From NCBI GenBank assembly GCA_038087875.1, contig JAXLNO010002817.1, forward strand, positions 508 to 64,000: 63,493 nt of DNA, in the 5' to 3' direction. The notes beneath the pieces were generated by a model that had not been told where the DNA came from, searched no databases, and saw only the letters and a list, made by a program, of their open reading frames with translations. The translations under genes and the position numbers were made by a program. Shown here piece by piece: positions 11,615 through 20,600 of this stretch. Source of the stretch: Malacoraja senta. Its lineage: Eukaryota. Every line of letters starts with the position of its first letter. The stretch's first letter is position 1.

Positions 11615-12353
11615 TTCAACAATCAACAATCAGTTTTATTCGTCACGTTGCACATAAAGTGCAAGTGAAATGAATTTGCCAGCAGCGGTACAATCATAAA
11701 GAACACACAAAAACACACTAAACATTTAACACAAACATCCACCACAGCATTCATAACTCTGGTGGAAGGCACAAAATTTGGCCAGACCTCCTCCATTTTC
11801 CCCCGTGGTCGGGACCTCAACCCTCCGCAGCTGCCGCTGCGGGCATCCAGATGAGTGAAATTCAGGTAAGTCCTGAAACGGTGCCCCCACCGGAGACCTC
11901 GGCTTCAGGTTGGTGTGGGCCGCAGGCCGGCGGTCGGTGATTTAAAGTCCCCGCCGAGCCGCAGCCAGAAGCACCGCAGTCCGCAGGGCCGGCAGTCGAA
12001 GCTCCCCTCCAGGGGTCCCCGGCGAGGGCCCCGCTCCCGATGGTAAGTTGCCGCCGCGCCTGCGGTAGAAGCTTCTCCTTCTCCCGGATCCCGCACGAGG
12101 GATCACAGGCTGCAGACGCCGCACCTGGAGCTCTGCAGACCGCGTCACAGGCCAGCGAAACGTAGCGCTCCCCCTCCAGGCCCGCTCCACGCCGAGAGGC
12201 CACGCTGCGCCCGCCGCTGAAGTCCCGGGCGCGTTTTGACACAGCGCCAGCCCCAGCCCCACACACCCACACCCCCCCACCCCCACACACACACCCACAC
12301 ACACACACACCCATACACCCACACCCACACCCACCCCCCCCACCCCCCTACTC

Positions 12354-12384
<31 letters not shown>

Positions 12385-12790
12385 CTCACATATACCCACA
12401 CACACACACACACACTCACTCACTCACACACACCCTCACCCTCACCCACACCTCACCCACTCACTCACTCACACCCACCCACCCACACTGACCCACACCC
12501 ACTGACCTACACCCCCACCCACACAAATCCACCCACTTACCCACGCCCACAAACACACCCACCCCCACCCCCACCCAAACGCAGGCCCGGACGACTGAAA
12601 CAGCCGTGGCTGCCAACTCTCACCACCTCCCCGGGCGGGGCCACCACAGCCACTGTCGCTGGAAAGCCCATATCTCCACTCCAGCTCCCCACGGGCCTCC
12701 ACCAGCGACTCCGCCGACACTTGCCTCTCCACCGGCCACCAGCGGGCCAGAGCCGTCACCTTCCCAGTTCAGCACCAGGCCCTCAACCTC
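11615..12790 (-). mobile_element. GC-rich non-coding retroposon (related family, reverse) with internal CA-rich tract
   Basis: The minus strand ends ...acgtgacgaataaaactgattgttgattgtt. The body carries cttaccatcgggag, and 11711-11790 is the reverse complement of the family 3' region seen at 11260-11340. Confidence 0.55.
12250..12575. repeat. (CA)n / (CCCA)n / (CTCA)n compound low-complexity tract
   Basis: Seen directly. It explains the HTHTHT and VCVCV ORFs. Confidence 0.9.
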
Positions 12791-12826
12791 CACCATGCAG
12801 ACAGCACGTGGTCTAATTCTGCTGGC

Positions 12827-13040
12827 TCCTAGTGCCCCCCCTCCTACAGGGAAGATCCATCAGTAGTGATGACTCTGGTGGGTCCTAGTGCTCCCCCCCT
12901 ATAGGGCAGATCCATCAGTCAGTTGGGTCCTAGTGCTCTCCCTCCTCCTGCAGGGAAGATCCATCAGTAGTGATGACTGTTGGGTCCTAGTGCTCTCCAG
13001 CCTCCCCTCTCCTACAGGGAAGACCCATCAGTAGTGATAG
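12827..13040. repeat. Minisatellite, about 50-58-bp unit, about 4 copies
   Basis: Repeated cctagtgctc(c)n...cagggaagatccatcagtagtgatgact...gggt. Confidence 0.85.
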
Positions 13041-13480
13041 GTCTTCCCCTTCCCCCTCTTTTAATCAGGTTACCCCGACCACACACCCACCAGTTAAAAT
13101 TCCCTGCTTTATTATGGATCACAATTTCTACGAATTACGATATATAAAACTCTCAAGGCACAAAATGTAAATGCTAGTCTTCACAAAATATATGCAAACA
13201 TTTTCTGAAATTTCAGGAAATTCCCACCCCCCCTCCTTCAGCTCCCGGGCTCGTATTGGACTCTGGGCCCGCATACGATGTACCCCCTGCACCCCCCTCT
13301 CATAGGCCCTGTGTATACGTAAGCGCATTCGTGAACAAAATACTGTGTGTGGTATGTACCTTTGTTAGGTTCCTAAAAATAGGCTCAACAAATTGATGTT
13401 CTTTACAACCCCTTCATGACCCCCGGAAAAACCCCAAACGACCCCCATGGGGGTCACGACCCCCAGGTTAAGAACCACTG

Positions 13481-13682
13481 CTTTGGAGATACAGTGCTGA
13501 AACAGGCCCTTCAGCCCAGACTAGGGACAATTTACATTTACACCAAGCCAATTTACCTACATCTCAGAGTAAAGTCACACAGGTTACGGGGAGAAGATGC
13601 AAACTCCGTACAGTCACCACTCGTAGTCAGGTTCAAACCAGGGTCTCTGGTGCTGCAAGGCAGCAACTCGTGTAAGGCCACG
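13481..13682 (-). mobile_element. HE1-like SINE (internally deleted), reverse
   Basis: The reverse complement gives cttgcagcaccagagaccctggtttgaacctgac...ggagtttgcatcttctccccgtaacc...gggcctgtttcagcactgtatctccaaag. Confidence 0.75.
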
Positions 13683-14401
13683 ATCTCTTGGCTTTGCTTA
13701 TAATTATTATCATGTTTTATCTTCTATTGTGTTCTTTTTGCTTATTGCATATAAACAAATATAAAGCTGCACATAAGGTTGGATCTTTTCGAGGCCCGAG
13801 CTGCCCCATCTTTTACCACAAAACTGCTTCCTATATTTAGAGAAACATAGATATAATAAGGCTCACCCCTCATGGGCATTGAAGGCTTTCTCTAAAATAT
13901 GGAGACCATTAAGCTGTTCACAGCCAAGTTTATTTTTCACTATTGGCCATGACCCCTAGTGTACTCGGCGTTGGCATTGAACAGGTTAAATATATCCAGT
14001 GATGTGTAGCTGCGCTACCCTTCATTGGTATTTTTAAGGGCCTGTCCCACTTACGTGTCCTTGGCACACAAATTATGCGACCTTGTGGTCGCATTGAGGC
14101 GCACGGGCATCCTATGGCCGCGCGGTGCCGGTCCCACTTGGAAGCGCGGAGGTGTATGTAGTTGTGCGCGACATCGCTCGGGGCTCCGAAAATTTTGTAG
14201 TGAATGAAATCTTCGCGCGCCCACGGCCTGTGGCGGAACTGACGGCCAAAGTGGGACAGGCCCAAGACCCCGGCGCGACGCAAAGTCTCACTTTCAACAG
14301 CAGCAGAAGCAGGCAAACGATCGCCGAACTCGGCCTGGGGCTCACGGCCGTTGCGTTCCAGATCCGCCCCCACTTCTACTCCCAGAGCGGGGCCAAGAAA
14401 A

Positions 14402-14598
14402 TTGAAGATAGACACGAAATGCAGGAGTAACACAGCGGGACCGGCAGCATCTCTGGAGAGAAGCAATGGGTGATGTTTCGGGTCAAGACCCTTCTTTTCA
14501 GACTGAAGAAGAGTCTCGACACGAAACGTCACCCATTGCTTCTCTCCAGAGATGCTGCCGGTCCCGCTGAGTTACTCCAGCCTTGTGTCTATCTTCAA
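14402..14598. mobile_element. Inverted (tail-to-tail) pair of Penelope pseudo-LTRs forming an about 197-bp palindrome
   Basis: ttgaagatagacac...tctctggagagaagcaatgggtga...tcacccattgcttctctccagaga...gtgtctatcttcaa, centred near 14500. Confidence 0.85.
14503..14530 (+). ncRNA. Minimal hammerhead ribozyme core (Penelope-associated), probably inactive
   Basis: CUGAAGA-A-[GAGUC-UC-GACAC]-GAAA-CGUC matches the minimal PLE-type hammerhead core. Helix II has one mismatch and no helix I partner is evident. Confidence 0.6.
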
Positions 14599-15199
14599 AT
14601 GACGTCACGCACTCCAGACGGCTGTGCGTACGCATGTAATAGCGCCCGACCTTCGCCGGACCATCGTGGCTCAACGCGTAATATGCGTGCCAAGGACACG
14701 TAAGTGGGACAGGCCCCTTTACTTAGATGATTCATTCCCTCTGGCATTGATTGATGAATCAAAGTGGGGGGGGGGGGTGATGGAATTTGTAAGGATTTTC
14801 TGGTCAGTTTGATTAAAACTGCTCACTCCTTGAAAAGGAGAGTCTGTGAACTTTAGCCCAGAGACAAAGAACAGTTTGTGAACTCAAGGTTATAATTGAT
14901 AAAAACCTAGGCACAACTGTGAACAACAACCCTTTATTAGGATGAAGGTAATGAGCTAATGCCAACCATGCCCCTGGGACCAGGAGTAATAAGGAAGGGT
15001 CAAAACTTGGATGATGTTTTCATTCCAATAAGAAACTCTACAAACAATGATAGCTGAATAAAACATAATTATGTTGTATAGATGAAGAGCCTCCTTTTCA
15101 AGCTGCTTTCTGCAGTCTTTTAGTTGTTCTGCAGATCCTGTACATTCTCTCGTCTTCGTGTTTTCAAGAAACACCACAAATAGTCGAATGTATACTAAT

Positions 15200-17130
15200 T
15201 ATAGAAACATAGAAAAATAGGCACAGGAGTATGCCATTCGGCCATTCGAGCCAGCACCGCCATTCAATATGATCATGCCTGCATCTAGAATCAGTACCCC
15301 ATTCCTGCTTTTAGAAACATAGACACACAGAAAATAGGTGCAGGAGCAGGCCATTCGGCCCTTCGAGCCTGCAACGCCATTCAATATGATCATGGCTGAT
15401 CATTCAACTCAGTATCCTGTACCTGCCTTCTCTCCATACCCCCTGATCCCTTTAGCCACAAGGGCCACATCTAACTCCCTCTTAAATATAGCCAATGAAC
15501 GGGCATCAACTACATTCTGTGGCAGAGAATTCCTGAGATTCACCACTCTCTGTGTAAAAAATGTTTTTCTCATCTCATTCCTAAAAGATTTCCCCTTTAT
15601 CCTTAAACTGTGACCCCTTGTTCTGGACTTCCCCAACATCGGGAACAATCTTCCTGCATCTAGCCTGTCCAACCCCTTAAGAATTTTGTAAGTTTCTATA
15701 AGATCCCCCCTCAATCTTCTAAATTCTAGCGAGTACAAGCCGAGTCTATCCAGTCTTTCTTCATATGAAAGTCCTGACATCCCAGGAATCAGTCTGGTGA
15801 ACCTTCTCTGTACTCCCTCTATGGCAAGAATGTCCTTCCTCAGATTAGGAGAACAAAACTGTAGGCAATACTCCAGGTGTGGTCTCACCAAGACCCTGAA
15901 CAACTGCAGTAGAACCTCCCTGCTCCTATACTCAAATCCTTTTGCTATGAATGCTAACATACCATTCGCTTTCTTCACTGCCTGCTGCACCTGCATACCT
16001 ACTTTCAATGACTGGTGAACCATGACACACCAGGTCTCGTTGCATCTCCCCTTTTCCTAATCGGCCACCATTCAGATAATAGTCTACTTTCCTGTTTTTG
16101 CCACCAAAGTGGACAACCTCACATTTATCCACATTATACTGCATCTGCCATGCATTTGCCCACTCACCCAGCGTATCCAAGTCACCTTGCAGCCTCCTAG
16201 CACCCTCCTCACAGCTAACACTGCCCCCCAGCTTCGTGTCATCCGCAAACTTGGAGATGTTGCATTCAATTCCCTCGTCCAAATCATTAATATATATTGT
16301 AAATAGCTGGGGTCCCAGCACTGAGCCTTGCGGTACCCCACTAGTCACTGCCTGCCATTCTGAAAAGGACCCGTTTACTCCTACTCTTTGCTTCCTGTCT
16401 GCCAGTCAGTTCTCTATCCACATCAATACTGAACCCCCATAACCGTGTGCTTTAAGTTTGTATTTTAATCTCTTATGTGGGACCTTGTCGAAAGACTTCT
16501 GAAAGTCCAGATATAACACATCCACTGATTCTCCCTTATCCACTCTGCTAGTTACATCCTCGAAAAATTCTATAAGATTCGTCAGACATGATTTACCTTT
16601 CATAAATCCATGCTGACTTTGTCCAATGAATTCACCATTTTCCTAATGTGCTGCTATCCCATCTTTAATAACTGACTCTAGCAGTTTCCCCACTACTGAT
16701 GTTGGACTAACTGGTCTGTAATACCCCGTTTTCTCTCTCCCTCCCTTTTTAAAAAGTGGGGTTACATTAGCTACCCTCCAATCCTCAGGAACTACTCCAG
16801 AATCTAAAGAGCTTTGAAAAATGATCACTAATGCATCCACTATTTCTGGGGCTACTTCCTTAAGTACTCTGGGATGCAGCCTATCTGGCCCTGGGGATTT
16901 ATCGGCCTTTAATCCATTCAATTTACCTAACACCACTTCCCGACTAACCTGGATTTCACTCAGTTCCTCCATCTCATTTTACCCCCGGTCCCCTGCTATT
17001 TCCAGCAGTTAATTAAGTCTTCCTTAGTGAAGACAGAACCATAGTAGTTATTCAATTGGTCTGCCATGTCCTTGTTCCCCATGATCAATTCACCTGTTTC
17101 TGACTGCAAGGGACCTACATTTGTTTTAAC
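15200..17130 (-). mobile_element. CR1 LINE, 5'-truncated (RT domain, several disruptions), with a second short CR1 3' end at 15200-15310
   Basis: ORFs contain KADKSPGPD, YRPVSPTS, SCLTNLIEFF, LDFQKSFDKV, SGVPQGSVLGP and FADD. (catagaaa)n tail at about 15312-15335. Confidence 0.95.
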
Positions 17131-17269
17131 TAATCTTTTCCCCCATATCCCTTGATTCCTTTAGCCTTAGAGCTAAATCTAACTCTCTCTTGAAAGTACG
17201 TTGTTTAGATAAGAGCCTTCTTTTCAAGCTTCTTTCTGCGGTCTTTTAGTTGTGTTTTGCAGGTGCTTT

Positions 17270-17672
17270 AAAGGCCTGTCTCACGAGTCTGCTGTCATTG
17301 GCGGCGAAACGGGAAGAATCTACCGCTCCTGGGCCGCCATAGACCGCGCACTCGTGAGAACGCACAATCCCGGGGCCGTGCGGCGTTGTTCCCAACACCG
17401 CACAGTGCTAAAATAAAACCTACACTGTTCAAAAATATTTTCCTACCGCACAGCCTCCACCAGTGATGCACGAGTGCGGCACGGCCGCCGCCACAGCCGC
17501 CGCCAGTGTGGCTCGAGCGCCGTGCGTCGAACTTGCACCGTCACAGCCTCCGCCAGTGAGGCACGTGTGCGGCACGGCCGCCAGCACAGCGCCGCAATCA
17601 GGACGGCTGCTGCCACAGCCGCCGCTCGTGGGTCACGTGCGGCGGGCCGACGTCATCGCAGTCTGCCCGCCC
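17270..17672. other. CpG-rich segment with a 93-bp imperfect tandem repeat abutting the satellite
   Basis: acagcctcc[a/g]ccagtga.gcacg.gtgcggcacggccgcc occurs at 17450 and 17543, with a third weaker copy near 17612. The segment starts with the Harbinger-like aaggcctgtctcac. Confidence 0.6.
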
Positions 17673-20600
17673 TTTGTAAATGGTGGTTTGGTTTGAAATT
17701 GCAATTCGTGGTTTGGTGTGAAAATGCAAATGATGGTTTAGTTTGAAATCGGAAATGTTGGCTTGGTTTGTAAATGCAAAAGGTTTGCTGTGAAAATGCA
17801 AAAGGTTTGCTTTGAAAGGGCGAAAGTTGTGCTTTGAAAATGCAAATGAAGGTTTGCTTTGAAAATGCAAATGGTGGTTTGGTTTGAAAATGCAAATGGT
17901 GGTTTGGTTTGAAAATGCAAAAGGTTTGCTTTAAAATGCAAACGATTTGCTTTGAAAATGCAAAAGGTTTGCTTTGAAAATGCAAATTAACGTTTGCTTT
18001 GAAAATGCAAATGGTGGTTTGGTTTGAAAATGAAAATGGTGCTTTGGTTGAAAATGTAAATGGTGGTTTAGTTTGAAAATGCAAACGGTGCTTTGTTGTG
18101 AACATGCAAATGTTGGTTTGGTTTGAAAGTGCAAATGGTGGTTTGGTTTGAAAATGCAAAATGTTAGGTTTGAAAATGGAAGGGGATTGGATTAAAAATG
18201 CAAATGGTGGTTTGGTTTGAAATTGCAAATGGTGGTTTGGTCTGAAAATTCAAAAGGTTTGCTTTGAAAATGCATAAGGTTTGCTTTGAAAATGCAAACG
18301 GATTGATTTGAAAAATGCAAATGCGGGTTTGGTTTGAAAATGCAAATGGTGGTTTGAAAATGCAAAAGGTTTGGTTTGAAAATGGAAATGGTGGTTTGGT
18401 TTGAAAATGCAAATAGTTGTTTGGTTTCAAAATGCAAATGGTGGTTTGTTTTGAAAAAGGAAAAGGTTTGCTTTGAAAATGCATAAGGTTTGCTTTGAAA
18501 ATGCAAACGGTTTGATTTGAAAAATGCAAATGAAGGTTTGCTTTGAAAATGCAAATAAAGGTTGGCTTTGAAAATGAAAATGGTGGTTTGGTTTGAAAAT
18601 GCAAATGGTGGTTTGTATTGAAAATGCAAAAGGTTTCGTTTGAAAATGCAAAAGGTTTGCTTTGAAAATAGAAATGGAGGTTTGATTTGAAATTGCAAAT
18701 GGTGGTTCGGTGTGAAAATGCAAATGATGGTTTGGTTTGAAAATGCAAACGTTTGCTTTGAAAAGGCAAAAGGTGTGCTTTTAAAATGCAAAAAGTTTTG
18801 CTTTGAAAATGCAAATGAAGGTTTGCTTTGAAAATGCAAATGGTGGTTTGGTTTGAAAATGCAAATGGTGGTTTGGTTTGAAAATGCAAACGTTTGCTTT
18901 GAAAAGGCAAAAGGTGTGCTTTTAAAATGCAAAAAGTTTTGCTTTGAAAATGCAAATGAAGGTTTGCTTTGAAAATGCAAATGGTGGTTTGGTTTGAAAA
19001 TGCAAATGGTGGTTTCGTTTGAAAATGTAAATGGTGGTTTGGTTTGAAAATGCAAATGGTGGTTTGAAAATGCAAAAGGTTTGGTTTGGATATGCAAATG
19101 GTTTGCTTTGAAAATGCAAAAGTTTGCATTGAAAATATGAAAGATTTGCTTTGCAAATGCAAATGGTGATTTTGTTTGAAAATGCAAATGGTGCTTTGGT
19201 TTGAAAATGCAAATGCTGGTTTGGTTTGAAAAAGCAAATGGTGGTTTGGTTTGAAAATGCATTTGGTGGTTTGGTTTGAAAATGTAAATGGTGGTTTCGT
19301 TTGAAAATGCAAATGGTGGTTTGGTGTGACAATGCAAATGGTGGTTTGGTTTGAACATTGAAATGGTGGTTTTGTTTGAAAATGCAAAAGGTTTGGTTTG
19401 AAAATGGAAAAGGATTGGATTAAAAATTCAAATGGTGGTTTGGTTTGAAATTGCAAATGGTGGGTTGGTGTGAAAATGCAAATGATGGATTGGTTTGAAA
19501 ATGCAAAAGGTTTGCTTTGAAAAGGCAAAAGGTTTGCTTTGAAAATGCAAATGGTTTGCTTTGAAAATGCAAAAGATTTGCTTTGAAAATTCAAAAGGTT
19601 GCTTGCTTTGAAAATGCAAACGGTGATTTAGTTTGAAATTGCAAATGTTGATTTTGTTTGAAAATGCAAATGGTGCTTTGGTTTGAAAATGCAAATGGTG
19701 GTTTGGTTTGAAAATGCAAATGGTGGTTTGGTTTGAAAAAGCAATGGTGGTTTGGTTTGAAAATGCATTTGGTAGTTTGGTTTGAAAATGTAAATGGTGG
19801 TTTGGTTTGATAATGCAAATGGTGGTTTGGTGTAAAAATGCAAATGGTGGTTTGGTGTGAAAATTGAAATGGTGGTTTGGTTTGAAAATGCAAAAGGTTT
19901 GGATTGAAAATGGAAAAGGATTGGATTAAAAATGCAAATGGTGGTTTGGTTTGAAAAGGCAAAAGGTTTGCTTTGAAAAAGCAAAAGGTTTGCTTTGAAA
20001 ATGGGAAAGACTTGCTTTGAAAATTCAAAAGGTTGTTTGCTTTGAAAATGCAAACGGTGATTTAGTTTGAAAATGGAAATGGTGCTTTTGTTTGAAAATG
20101 AAAATGGTGCTTTGGTTTGAAAATGCAAATGTTGGTTTGGATTGAAAATGCTAATGGTTTGGTATGAAAATGCAAAAGGTTTGCCTTGAACATGCAAATG
20201 GTGATTTGGCTTGAAAATGCAAATGGTGGTTTGGTTTGAAAATGCTAATGGTGATTTGGATTGAAAATGCAAATGATGGTTTGAAAATACAAAAGGTTCT
20301 GTTTGAATATGCAAATGGTGGTTTGGTTTGAAAATGCAAATGGTGATTTGGTTTGAAAATGCAAAAGGTTTGCTTTGAAAATGCAAAAGGTTTGCTTTGA
20401 AAATGCAAAAGGTTTGCTTTGAAAGATGGAAATTAATGTTTGCTTTGAAAATGAAAATGGTGGTTTGGTTTTAAAATGCAAATGGTGGTTTGGTTTGAAA
20501 ATGTAAATGGTGGTTTAGTTTGAAAATACAAATGGTGGTATGGTTTGAAAATGCAAATGGTTGATGGGTTTGAAAATGCAAAAGGTTTCGTTTGAAAATG

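Larger units (their letters stand above)
10352..13311. mobile_element. Second hAT-type non-autonomous element nested in the Buster element
   Basis: Ends CAGGGCCT (10352) and AGGCCCTG (13311). Flanking 8-mers are TGTATATG (10344-10351) and TGTATACG (13312-13319). No transposase is visible inside. Confidence 0.8.
8434..13480 (-). mobile_element. hAT (Buster/Charlie-type) DNA transposon, outer element
   Basis: TIRs CAGTTGTTCTTAACCT (8434) and AGGTTAAGAACCACTG (ends 13480). The flanking 8-mers CATTAGAG and CTTTGGAG are each one change from CTTTAGAG. Contains a transposase pseudogene. Confidence 0.88.
14037..14718. mobile_element. PIF/Harbinger-like MITE with about 31-bp TIRs and TTA TSD
   Basis: AGGGCCTGTCCCACTTACGTGTCCTTGGCAC at the left and GTGCCAAGGACACGTAAGTGGGACAGGCCCCT at the right. 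TTA occurs at 14034-14036 and 14719-14721. Confidence 0.85.

Noticed and set aside
11862-12866. GC-rich, His/Thr- or Val/Cys-repeat ORFs
   Set aside because: They are translations of the CA-rich tract and GC-rich retroposon sequence.
14956-15177. 73-aa ORF as an exon of the class I-like gene
   Set aside because: No class I, leader or TM signature, and no convincing splice sites on the minus strand.
17401-17439. Recombination signal sequence (CACAGTG heptamer)
   Set aside because: No acceptable nonamer at a 12- or 23-nt spacer (best about 6/9 at 21 nt), and no V/D/J segment is adjacent. Other CACAGTG hits are inside SINEs or the GC-rich retroposon.
17290-17670. MHC S-X-Y promoter module
   Set aside because: The CRE-like site (about 17649) and CCAAT (about 17297) are about 350 bp apart instead of about 20, and no leader exon was found.
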